Assembly (NCBI RefSeq): GCF_041146345.1
Contig: NW_027191413.1
Span: forward strand, 1,798,001-1,862,000
Source of the DNA: Neodothiora populina
Taxonomy: Eukaryota
Direction: 5' to 3'
Length of the DNA: 64,000 nt
In this document: positions 1-11,649 of the stretch, piece after piece
Layout of the letters: each line of letters starts with the position of its first letter
How positions within the stretch are numbered: the first letter of the stretch is position 1
Program-made: the position numbers and the translations under genes
The notes under the pieces: model-generated
What the model was told of the DNA's origin: nothing
Database searches by the model: none
The model's input: the letters and a program-made list of their open reading frames with translations, nothing else

Positions 1-55
1 AGCATTTTCATCAATAGGGGTAGAAAGTGGAGAATCGAAAACTAAAATTCCGTTT

Positions 56-1926
56 CTAATCCTGCGGCAACGCTCTCCGCTTAATCCAGACTCTGGTACT
101 GTCGACGCTCGTGGTATAAGTGCCCACGGCCGACTTGTGCCGCGGCATCTTCCAGGGCCCACCTCCGACGGCTTCGATGTCCCAGAAGCTGATGATGGAC
201 GCCGCGAAGACCATGACTTCCTTTTGCGCGAACGCTCGGCCTTTGCACATTGATTGGCCGCCGCCTGTGCGTTGTTGTTAGCCTTTTCTGTTTTTTCGGT
301 GGTATCAGGAGGCGGATTGTGGAAGGGAAGGGGGACTTACCGAACGGTCTCACAGTGCCCATGTTCACACTGACCCATTTCTCGCCCTCGCGGTCCTCGA
401 CGTATACTACATGCCGATCGGCGCGCCACGTCTCCGGGTCATCAAAGTACGCTGGATCCTTGTGGTGCAGATCATGCGCGACGTGGGTATAAGTGCCCTT
501 TTTGAGCAGGTACTTGTCGGCGGACTTGTCCCGCCCTGCGAGCACAAAGTCCTTTTCCATGTACTTGAGGCTGTAGATGGACGTGTCGACGCGCAGAGTC
601 TCGATGTAGCTGCTTTTCAGCAAGGGACAGTTAGCCACCAGACCGTCTTGGTCTATGGACTCGAGGCGTGGAGGCTCCGGGATGCCGAATTCCTGCTTGG
701 GCTGCACGGCGCGCACGTACGGTTTGACTTCCTCGCGCAACTTTTCGAGGAGGTCCTTGTCCGCGTAGATGTGGTTGAGGAGCCAGAAAATAAGGGGGTT
801 GGCGTTGGCGTTCATGGCCCACAGGAGACTGAGTTCGATTGAGGCGCGGGCTTCGATGGAGAAGCCGTGTTTCTCGTAGATTTCCTGACGTTCCTTGATG
901 AGCGGGTTGACGTCTTCGAGGTTGCGCCATTCGCTTCCTGGATCTTGACCGTTGCGCGATGCTTCCATGGCTGTTTCGAAGGCGCGCAGTGCTCGGAACA
1001 TGCGGCTTCGGGCCAAGTGGGCTGCTGTTAGGGGAGGAAAGGGGAACCAGCGAGGTAGGCCTGTAGCCAAATAGAAGAAGCCCTTGTCCATTGCGTAGAG
1101 GTCGGAGAAGAAACTGGGGTTGTTGTGCATGAAGTCTGTCCCGATGAGGGACGGGTTGGCTGCAAAGGTCACGAAATCGCGAGCCAGTGGTCTGGAGTAG
1201 TTGTTCAGTATTCCAACATACAAGAATCAGGTTTCGCGGACGGACTCACAGCAAGTTTGCTTCGACAACGCGTTCTCCATTTACCTCAATCGTATCGGCA
1301 TTACTCGTACGCTCCCAAAGGCTCTGATCGACGGGGCTTTGAGCAAACGTCACGAAATCTGCAATGTTGGCCTTGAGAACATCTACAGTCTTCTGTACCA
1401 TGTTGCCTAGAGATGGTTCTGACAAAAGGTATTTGTAGCATGCAGATATGTCGTGCAATGCACTGTCATACTTGTTGAGTTCCGATCGAGGGAATCCGAA
1501 AACAGTATATACTATACGTTGGAACAAGGCGTCTGAGTCTGCAGAACCACTTCTGTCGTTCAGCACAGTAGTGCCCAGCCCCGGATGGAAGATGAAATTG
1601 TGCGAAGTCCCTCCCAGATTCAACGCAAATGCACCGCCTTTGTACGTAGAGCGAGCCCAATTCATGAAGGAGACCATTGTGAAGATGAGATTCGGTACAT
1701 GTCCAAGGATAGGCAGCCAATACGGTATCCTGGGCACCCCTTTCGGTCCATCGTCACCATCGATATTCTGTTGTGAATGGTCTAATATGCCGCTGAACAG
1801 ACGAGTTGCCACTGAGAGGGCTAAGATGCCGAATATGATCGTGGTCCACGAGCCCGTCCACGTATTTGGCATCCAGTGTCCATCTTGAGCCGAGCTCGTG
1901 AACGTTGGTGCGCGATTGATGTCCAT
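56..1926 (-). CDS. Cytochrome P450, CYP7/CYP8-like (3 exons: 1926-1250, 1191-341, 264-56)
   Basis: N-terminal TM anchor, PYWLPILGH proline motif, ExxR (ETLR), and the heme motif FGGGQSMCKG formed across a GT..AG intron (340-265). The I-helix reads WAMNANAN. Confidence 0.92.
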
Positions 1927-2427
1927 ATCGATCCCCGTGATTGGGACCCCCTTTGAGCCCCTTGAAGAGGAGCTAAAACGATGCTTTGCTAGCAGCGAGC
2001 GGACGAATGCTGAACGTAATTTATAGAGGCATGATTTTATACTTCAACCAAATCGCTATAGACACGCTAAATCAGCTGTAGCCTGGATTTCCGGACTGTC
2101 CATGGACAATTGATGTTGATAATAAATACTTGTAGCATGTGAGCTCTTGTTAATGTCGACAGCCGTGGCTGTATAAATCTTGGCATCACCATTCCTTCAA
2201 GGGTGCGCGAGGTGCACCATGCCTCTTCTGCACAAGATACAATCCATAATCTTTGTTATAGTGAATCGGTACGTATCCTGTGTTACTTGTGGTACCATAT
2301 GAGCAATCTTCTGAATTTTCAAATAAGCCTCAGACGAGTAGTCACTCTGCGTCCCACATATTGTAGACCTGTCGGACTCACAGTTCGAAATCTAACAATA
2401 AATCACCTTACTTTTCAGCAGCCCATC

Positions 2428-3208
2428 ATGGCCCCGAAGGAGCTCAACTTCATCACGGGTAACAAGAATAAGCTTGCTGAGGTTCAAGCTATTCTGGCCC
2501 CTACTGGAGTCAATCTTCGGAGTCAGTCAGTTGATCTACTAGAAATTCAAGGCACAATTGAAGAAATTTCCAAGGACAAGTGTCGAAGAGCTGCAGATAC
2601 GGTAATGTTCTACATGCTCTATAATCATATGCTCTAATCTAGCTAACACTATCATAAGGTTGGCGGTCCTGTACTGGTCGAGGACACCTGTCTCTGCTTT
2701 GATGCCTTTGATGAGCTACCGGGTCCATATGTGTAAGAATTGTCGCGTGTCAGTCTGGCCTATATGCGCATGCGACGCTAATGGGATAACAGGAAGTGGT
2801 TTTTGCAAGCACTCGGCGTGCAGCAATTCCACAAACTGCTCGCAGGCTTCGAGAACAAGGGTGCACAAGCTGTTTGTACATTCGCGTACTCTGAAGGCCC
2901 GGGTCACGAGCCAATCGTTTTCCAAGGCAGGACAGCGGTATGCATCTCGGAATGTTTTGCTGCAAGTGATCTCACGCTGACCGATTTCTGCAGGGTAAAA
3001 TTGTGGCAGCTCGAGGACCCACGGATTTCGGTAAGCACCAGTCAGTCCGCGCATCTAGGAAATGCTGACATTGATAGGTTGGGATGCTTGTTTCGAGTAC
3101 GATGGCCAGACTTATGCAGAGATGCCCAAGGCAGAGAAGAACAAGATCTCTCACCGTGGTAGAGCTCTTGCGAAGCTCACAGAGTGGCTAAATGAGCACA
3201 CCGAGTAG
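2428..3208 (+). CDS. HAM1: Inosine triphosphate pyrophosphatase (multi-exon)
   Basis: [30 protein letters not shown] and ISHR motifs joined by short GT..AG introns. Confidence 0.95.
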
Positions 3209-3309
3209 GGTGTGACTCGCCGCTTTGCGGGCTTCGCGGAAGTTCTTCATTATTAGACCGCCCATATAGTCATGACGGATGCACAGTGTGAATTTCCTTG
3301 ATTGTTAAA

Positions 3310-3884
3310 TCAGGAATCCTCATGGTCCTTTCTCCACTGTTTTATCCACGCCTCAATTCTTTCCACATTTGAATCGATCTGATCGGCGTCGTTGCTCTGA
3401 AGTTCCACAACCACTTCCTCGGCATACGAGTCTCGAGCCTCTTGTAAAAGCACTTCCATGATTTCGGCGTCCATGTTCTCCTCGACTTTGTTGTCGGCAT
3501 ATCCTCTCGACTTGAGGCGGTCGTATAGAATCGTGCTGTCGCAGCGGACAACCACGACGAGGTCGATGAGTGATTCGGGAAACAGGTCACACGCATGCCA
3601 GTCGATGATTTGGCCGCCTGCCTCGAGCTCTGACTCAATCGCGTCGAGTAGCTATTCCAATCAGCACAACATCATAGCCCCATCGCAAAGTGTGTGCGAA
3701 CCTTGTCTTCGTCCACAATGACACTCTTCAACTCCTCATCGTAACCATCGTCGCAATTCCTCTCCTTCACGACTTTGTTGACGTCCAGATGCGCGAGACC
3801 GCTGCTTTCGGCGAGTTGCTGGCAATGCGTGGTTTTGCCCACACCGGGCGTGCCAGTTATGATGATATTCGGAGAAGTGCGCAT
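3310..3884 (-). CDS. FAP7: Adenylate kinase 6 / 40S assembly ATPase (2 exons)
   Basis: P-loop IIITGTPGVGKTT, IIDWH motif, and LYDRLKSRGY...EN..AEI. Confidence 0.93.
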
Positions 3885-4070
3885 CTTTTCGAGTAATTGT
3901 TTCTTTGCTTTTTGAGATGAACAGATGCAGTGCTTGAACCGTGGAAAAAAAAGATGTGTTGGTCAATAGTTCCCAGATTTTTTGCGGCTAATGTTGCTGC
4001 TTTCCCCGCGAGACGATCACCACGCAACGTCTGTGCCAATTCGTTATGTCCGCAATGGCCGATCATTTTA

Positions 4071-4102
4071 CTCTACTGGACCCTTCCTCTACTGGACCCT
4101 TC
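4071..4102. repeat. Perfect 16-bp tandem duplication (CTCTACTGGACCCTTC)x2
   Basis: Read directly from the sequence, about 190 nt upstream of the FAP7 ATG. Confidence 0.9.
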
Positions 4103-5812
4103 AACCACCACGGTACTACATCCATTTGATTACAAGATAAAAGGCTGTACTCCGCTCACAATAATGACGAGCGGATAGATTACGATCATGTCTGGGCAGC
4201 TATAGGCTCCCTCTGCGGTAAAGTAACCTGTATATCGACCGGCCACTTTTCAGATGTGGAATCAGGTATCTTGTTCAAAGAATGGTCGATATCGCATACA
4301 TCACTACAATTATGGCATTGGGCTTTCATATCCAGCCCGGCACATCTTGCGTCTAGGATTGATCTAGACTTATCTTGTACGAATCCCTGCTGAGAGCACG
4401 ATAGGAGCTAAGCTCATGATGTAAGGAGGGTCGAGAAGGATATTTCAGTAGCATGTCTTCTGTGATATAAACACTGCACGATGCCAGCAAGTCATCAGAA
4501 CGTGAGGTGGCGATGTGTATACAGTATATACAAGTACGTGGATTAGTGGCACTAGCTGAAGTAGGCTACTTTCTCAAGCAAAGTGCTTTTGCGAGTACAT
4601 GAAACGCACGACTAAATTTTCTGTTGCTCGATTGTGAATCGCCCAGGTACTGCGCTAGCCCTGATAAGTTAGTCGTGGTATTGTCGAGCCATATCGGCTA
4701 GTATATTGGTCGGAGCCGCCATTCAATGACTGTACAGTATGTATCCTTACAGCACATCTAGTACATGAACAACGAATTCTCATGCGCGACTACAGCCTAG
4801 GCGTGGTATCAGCGCAATCTCGCGGCATCAATCAACTATGGTACGAATTCTCAAGAACTATATGAGACGATGTATAGCATCGATATCTTAATACTGATAC
4901 AGTTTTTACCGAACAGCACAAAAGTGTGCCGGAATCTGTTGAAGTATGTATATGTAAGGTAGTTCAGTAAGGAAATTGATTAGATTACCCCTTCCTAAAG
5001 ACCTTTGACTATGTACACTAATTACTCGAGTACCAGCCTCCTTGTAGATCTGTTAAGAGGCTCAGGTCTGTCCAGCCTTCTCAACTGAATCTACAGGAAT
5101 GACGACACCGCCTAATGTGAGCTGGTGATATTGTAACTCTGGAGAACAATGCAGCATATTCAGCTAGCTATATACGTAGAAACAGCCCAGACCTCAGACA
5201 TATGTCCTGGCTAAACACCCTCGAAAAGAGCAAAGCTGAATAATACAATCAGAGTAATCACATGTGATGACCAGTCGCGTTCCCGCGATGATCGGACCGA
5301 GACAGAGCGGTAACAGCATGCTTCAAGCAACGAAAAAAGTTGGTGGATGATAGGTCCAGATGGCGATGGAGGGTTCCGTAAGCCTTGCATGCTGCTGTCA
5401 AAGTGTGTGTGGGTGGGGGCTCATCTTGGGCTCATCTAGGGCGGTGAGCTGGCGGGATGTAATGCGAGAATTCGCAGCCAGATAGAGAAATCTTATCAGG
5501 CATAGAGGCGCTTAGCATCGGCGGAGGCCCCCGATAAAGAGAGAGACATGCCACAGGCTGGAAAACAATAAAGGAAGATCATCGCCATGAATATGTGTAG
5601 AGGTAGTCTTGAAACCACAGCAACGAGCGACGACTAATCCCCATCGCAAAAGTACTGTATGTGTGAGCTGCCGTTCGAAGGAATAAAACCTGGCCCCAAT
5701 CTCCATACGCCATTCCCTGTAACACCTTGAATCCCCAATGCTCGGGCCTCCCCATCATCAAATACGAAACGCAATAATATCTCTCTAGCTTCGAGGAGCG
5801 ATTAGGTCACAA

Positions 5813-6601
5813 TTACATGACGACGCAGTTCTTACCCTCCTTGGGTTGTCCGGCCTCCTGACCCTTCTCGATCTCGGCAATCATGCCTTCGAAGGCCTTG
5901 TTTACGTTCTCATTTAACCTTGCACTGGCCTCGGTCCATCCACACTGGAGCTCCTCGGCCAGCTTCTTGCCATCCTCTGGCTTGACCTGGCGTTGTTCGG
6001 GGCGGAGATCTGCTTTGTTACCAACAATGATCAAAGGGACTGTGTCGGCGCCCTGGTGAAATAGTTCAGTGAGAGTGGTCCAGAATCAATGCCTGCGAGG
6101 TAGAGCTGCGTACCATGTGATTGAGAATCTTGTCGCGGATAATGCGGACCATCTCGAAACTCTGCTTGCTGCCGACGCTGTACACAATCATGTATCCATG
6201 GATGCCGATGAAGTGTTTACTGTTCAAGATGGTGTATTCGTCCTATTGAATGGCATAAGTACACGCCTTGGCGAACAGAAAGTGCTCGCGCTATAGGCGA
6301 TGCTTCCAAGTACACACCTGGCCAGCAGTGTCGATCATCTCGACTGCAAAGTCCTGATTCTTGTACCTGACAACCTTGGAAAAGGTGTTCTCAATGGTGG
6401 GGTAGTAGGAGTCGACAAAGTGTCCATCGACGAACTGAACTGTGAGAGAACTCTTTCCTGTGTTTGCGAATGAGCTACCGCGCCTCACTCCGCCGACAAT
6501 ATCGACAGGTTGTTCTCGCGCATGAGATGCAAAAGGGGAGCTGTACCGACGGATCTGGAGCCGACAATGGCCATCTTGCGTTGCTTCTGTTGTGGAGGCA
6601 T
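5813..6601 (-). CDS. RHB1: Small GTPase Rheb (4 exons)
   Basis: GSRSVGKSS with the Rheb-specific Arg, YYPTIENTF effector loop, DTAGQ, GNKADL, and C-terminal CaaX CVVM. Confidence 0.96.
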
Positions 6602-7975
6602 GATTACGATATAGCTCTTTCTAGGCAGTGAAGCCTGATTGCAGTGATTTGCGGTGTCTGATACGACGCCTGAATTGATCGAAATAAATTCTGTGCAACA
6701 GCGGGATGTGTTGTTTCACGGGTAATTGAAGCTCTTTCTGAAATACAGCAAGGCGAGAAGAGATGGAACTAATCACTTGTAGAGGACTGGCGTTGAGACA
6801 AACGGTAAACTGGACCTATCCTTGACCCTGAAGAGGAAGCTTGTCTTTTGGCTTTAGGTGCCGACGATCGCTATCGAACGTTTCCTTTGAGCCTTTGGTA
6901 AAAGAGTAATGACGATTTGACGAGTGCTTACGCTTCCATACGAGGAAGAAAAGAAAAAAGCCAACCAAATAGACCAGCCCAAGGTATGGCAATGACTTTG
7001 GAGCAGAGATGACGACTGTTGAGATTTCAAGGTTATTATTACATGATGGAAAAGCTTGGCCAAGGCTCCAAACTCCCAATAATCGTCTATATCGTGCGGG
7101 CCATCAGCTACTGTACAAGCGACAGCACTGAACAATTCAAACTATTAGGACTTGACGCAATAGATGAGATTGTCTCTAATTGCTGCCGAAGCACTTTTGA
7201 CGCCAGGTCAACGCTACGGTTGATAAAATAAATGTTGGATGTCGCTACGAGTCGTGGCAGTCTGCGCATGAGCTCTCAGCCGGGGAACGATCCGAGGTAC
7301 TGTAAATTACAATGCAACGCCTCAAAATCCTTGAACGATCTTGTTTTGCGAATGGTTATGCACCACGGCACGGGCATTATTGCAGAGCATTTCATGCAGT
7401 AGTAAATGCTTGCAGCAAATATAAAATTGTCTAGAACACCATGATGTTGTAGCCATGTGCTGAACCTTTGTTCGTGATAATGTAGTAAAGGTGTCTAACA
7501 TCAATGCGTGATCATAGACTAGATATACAGTACAGTAACACCACTTAGCAGTGCTACAAGTAGAAGAAGGCAAGTGTCTTAGGGGCGCAGAGAAATGATC
7601 AAGGTGCATAAATAGCAAAGCGCACTGCGCGACACAACTTACTACCTAGTAGAATGCAAACCGTTGTATGGCCAGGGTCATACGAGCTCACAAGAAACAA
7701 ACAGACGTGAGTGACAGACAAGCACATGCCAGACCAGGTCGCATGAGTAAGGCAGGTACAAGTACAGTACTTCATCCGGGTAACGGAGGTACAGTGACGC
7801 CAAGTCTTTCGCGAAGCGAGCTGACACACAGTCCTAGCGTCGGTCGGAATAACTGCGGCAAGCAGCGAATCCACACGACAAAGCATTTTCGACGCTCGCC
7901 TGTACTTCACCTCCAGACCGTGATCGCGACAAATCCCGCCAAAGACAACTTTTATTGCACTACAGAAGCGCAATC

Positions 7976-8950
7976 ATGGCTGTCGGAAAGAACAAGAGAT
8001 TGTCAAAGGGCAAGAAGGGCCTCAAGAAGCGCCAAGTGAGTGATTGCAATTCATCCACCGCGATGCATGTCGTCTTGTGAAAAGCTTTTTACTGACCTTT
8101 TCTCTTCAGGACCCCTTCGCGTAAGCAACCATCCAGAGGACGACGAGAGCGACGACAGAGACAGAGAAACAGCAGAACTGACTGAAAAACAGCAAGAAGG
8201 ACTGGTACTCCATCAAGGCCCCCTCCACTTTCGCCGTTCGCGATGTTGGCAAGACCCTTGTCAACCGCACCACCGGTCTGAAGAACGCCAACGATGCCCT
8301 CAAGGGCCGTATCCTCGAGGTCTCGCTCGCCGATCTCCAGAAGGATGAGGACCACTCTTTCCGCAAGGTCAAGCTCCGTGTCGATGAGGTCCAGGGCAAG
8401 AACTGCCTGACCAACTTCCACGGTCTCGACTTCACCTCCGACAAGCTGCGCTCTCTCGTCCGCAAGTGGCAATCCCTCATCGAGGCCAACGTCGTCGTCA
8501 AGACCACCGACGACTACCTCCTCAGACTCTTCTGCATTGCTTTCACCAAGAGAAGACCCAACCAGATCAAGAAGACCACATACGCCGCTTCTTCCCAGAT
8601 CAGACAAATTCGCAAGAAGATGACCGAGATCATGACTCGCGAGGCTTCCAGCTGCACTCTTTCTCAGCTCACCCAGAAGCTCATCCCTGAGGTTATGGGC
8701 CGCGAGATCGAGAAGTCCACCCAGGGCATCTACCCTCTCCAGAACGTGCACGTCCGCAAGGTCAAGCTCCTCAAGGCACCCAAGTTCGACCTTGGTGCTC
8801 TTCTCAACCTCCACGGCGAGTCCGACACCAACGAGGCTGGCCAGAAGGTAAGATATTCTCCGAGACGTTGATTCTCGTCCTCGTTATACTAATCTCTTTT
8901 TGCCATAGGTTGAGCGTGAGTTCAAGGAGACCGTTCTCGAGACCGTGTAA
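7976..8950 (+). CDS. RPS1: 40S ribosomal protein eS1 (S3a), 4 exons including an 11-nt microexon 8110-8120
   Basis: [15 protein letters not shown]...DPFAKKDWY...NCLTNFHG...IYPLQNV, with strong C-ending codon bias. Confidence 0.97.
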
Positions 8951-10086
8951 GCGTGGCGAATTGAGAATGGGCAGGAGATATGGGCTCGGGGTTTGCTGGG
9001 CACGAAGGCTGCATGGCGTTAGAGCGATATTCAGGCTTCAGGCTCCGTGCTAGCTACATTTATGGCTGAAAAGAATTGTCAAAAAACTTTCACGTTTCGA
9101 AAATGAGTCGCACGGCCTTCGTTTCATCTCGGGTACAACATCTCCTTGCTCTTGTCGTCTTCTATACCTTTTGCTTGCCGTCTCTGAAAAGACAGAAAGA
9201 ACGACAGGCGAGGTTTACGAAGCACATGTTGCGCAGACAGCTTGCACGAGTCCAATGCAAATGTCGATGATCTAAGGCAGGTATAGTGATATGTCTTTTA
9301 TCATGCCCAGTTCCATCACCTCCATGACGTATGAGACGTGTGCGCTTGCACATGAAAAGTTGGTCTGCTGAGAGAAGATGAGAAGGCCGAAGAGCGTCGA
9401 TGGGTGCCACAGCAGTGTCTCTCTGCTTGATTTAGACAGAAGCTCCGCATGGAATTGTGTTATCTGCCATTTCTACCAATCTATATCTTGCATGTTGTCT
9501 AACCCGACCATATGTGAAAATTGCAGGTACAAATTTGAGCAGTGGATTCTTGGTGCAGTGGTGCTTTCGCCAGTCACCTGATGACCACAATCGTTATGCC
9601 TTCCTAATCTGGAAACAACGAATGAGATGGCTGATGACAGACAAAAGCATCGTTGAGCATAAAGCGACTTTCACTACCACACACAATCGACATTGATTTC
9701 GACCATCACGAACGCATTTTGATGGAGGGACTCGGCCTGAAATAGAGAGCAGCACGGGCCGAAAGTCTACTAAGGCCGCCTCATGATTTCACTCGTTCAA
9801 GATTCATACTTCATCATGCACTAAACTATCACATCAGAACTCCTCGTTCAACTTATTCATCTCAAAGCTATTTCTCTCCATCTCGCTATTATATCACAGG
9901 CGAATAGCCACGGACTCCCAACTGATCTGAGAACATACAACACGAGTAGTGAGTACACATCAAGTCTTTTCGGCGTGGCTTCTCGTCCTTTGAAAGTACA
10001 AACCAACGCTGTGATCCAGTCAGCCATCATTACAAACCATCAGCTCCGTTCTCTTATCATTTCCAACTCTTCCCTAAAGAGATACA

Positions 10087-11421
10087 ATGGCAACGAAGCG
10101 TGAAGCCCAAGGTGACGTATATTCGGATGCCAAAAGACCGCGGTACGGCGGGCCACGAGATCACCACCCTTCGGACAACCACTACAACCACCATGGGCAG
10201 CAGCAACGACCACGTTTCAACCCTGCCTACCAGCAGCATATACCAAAGGAAATACGGGATCATGCCAGGTCGGCCAGTTCAACAGTGCCGGCCGCGCAAG
10301 ATCCTGCCGCCAGTCTGGAAGGTCTCTTGAAGTCGCTCACCTCCAACCCTGATACCGTAAGGAGCGTGCTTGGAAGCAATGCCTTGGAGAGCGCAAACCA
10401 GCTCTTGTCTTCTTTACAATCTCGCGACAAGACTGCCACTGCCTCACTCGACCTTTTCAAACCTCCAACCATTGAACATCCATCTGTACATGCCTACACA
10501 ACCACTACACCACTCCAACCATATCCTCTTCCCGCCCTCCCTTCGATTCCTCCAGGTCCCTACTCTCAGGCCACATTCACCCACAAATCCATGACCACCC
10601 ACGACCGCGTCACAGCAGCCGCAGATCTCAACTACGAGAAGCTCGAGTTCCTTGGTGACGCATACATAGAAATCATCGCCACCCGTCTCATTTACGCGCG
10701 CTACCCCGAACTCCCCGCCGGCCGTCAAGCCCAAGCCCGCGAGCGCCTGGTGAAGAACGAAACCCTCGCCCAATTTGCCGCCCTCTACGACTTCCGCTCG
10801 CGTCTGCACGCCTCGGATCTCGCACACGCAGGCCACAAGGGCACCACCAAGATCCTCGCCGACGTCTTCGAGGCCTACGTCGCCGCCGTCGTGCTCTCTG
10901 ACCAAGTCCACGGCTTCGCGCGAGCAGAGACATGGTTGACAGAGCTCTGGGCGCCCATTCTCCTCAGCTTCCTCGGTCCCGGCCCTGGAGAGTCCTCGAG
11001 TGTGCAATACAACGCCAACGCGAAACAAGAGCTCCAGCAGAAAATCCTCGCGCAGGACGTCAAGCTGGAATACCTAGAAGACAGACCGATGGAACAGAGC
11101 AAACACATCCAGAAGTACTTTGTCGGCCTGTACCTGACAGGCTACGGACACGAAAAGAAGAAGTTGGGATACGGAGAGGGGAGAAACAAGGTCGAGGCGG
11201 GCAATCGTGCCGCCATGGCTGCGCTGGAACACGAGGCTGGCTTGATCGCTGATGCGGCGGCGAAGCTTGCGGCTAGTAAGGAAGTGAAGAGAATCCAGAA
11301 GGAGCAGAGAGAGCAGCAGCAATACGAGGCCGCGGCTGCGGCTACCGCTACAGCTACTGCTATTGCTGCTGCGAGCGGTGCACACGGAGGAGCAAGTGTT
11401 GCTCAGACGATCTCGGAATAG
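10087..11421 (+). CDS. Ribonuclease III (Rnt1/Pac1 type, single RNase III domain plus dsRBD-like region)
   Basis: Signature YEKLEFLGDAYI and second acidic motif ADVFEAYVAA. The downstream NAKQELQ...G.G.G.NK.EA...AA pattern fits a dsRBD. Confidence 0.9.
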   Translation: MATKREAQGDVYSDAKRPRYGGPRDHHPSDNHYNHHGQQQRPRFNPAYQQHIPKEIRDHARSASSTVPAAQDPAASLEGLLKSLTSNPDTVRSVLGSNALESANQLLSSLQSRDKTATASLDLFKPPTIEHPSVHAYTTTTPLQPYPLPALPSIPPGPYSQATFTHKSMTTHDRVTAAADLNYEKLEFLGDAYIEIIATRLIYARYPELPAGRQAQARERLVKNETLAQFAALYDFRSRLHASDLAHAGHKGTTKILADVFEAYVAAVVLSDQVHGFARAETWLTELWAPILLSFLGPGPGESSSVQYNANAKQELQQKILAQDVKLEYLEDRPMEQSKHIQKYFVGLYLTGYGHEKKKLGYGEGRNKVEAGNRAAMAALEHEAGLIADAAAKLAASKEVKRIQKEQREQQQYEAAAAATATATAIAAASGAHGGASVAQTISE

Positions 11422-11649
11422 ACAAGAGTCTTCTTACACGATCAGCAATCTTCGATAACGTAAAACGAGGTAGGATACGCTATAGTCGCAATACTAATGG
11501 GGGTTGGTCTTCGCTGAGAACCAGGAATTGATTAGCTATCTCGTCTATAGGTAGTGCGCTTTCCCACACGAATGTGAAATGTATTAGAATAAAAACACAA
11601 CGTGTCTCTCCATGCACGAGAGAAAGGACTAGTCGATCTACTAGAGCCA

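Noticed and set aside
9780..9930. Box C/D snoRNA upstream of the RNase III gene
   Set aside because: No good RUGAUGA box paired with a CUGA and terminal stem, and no rRNA guide I can recognise.
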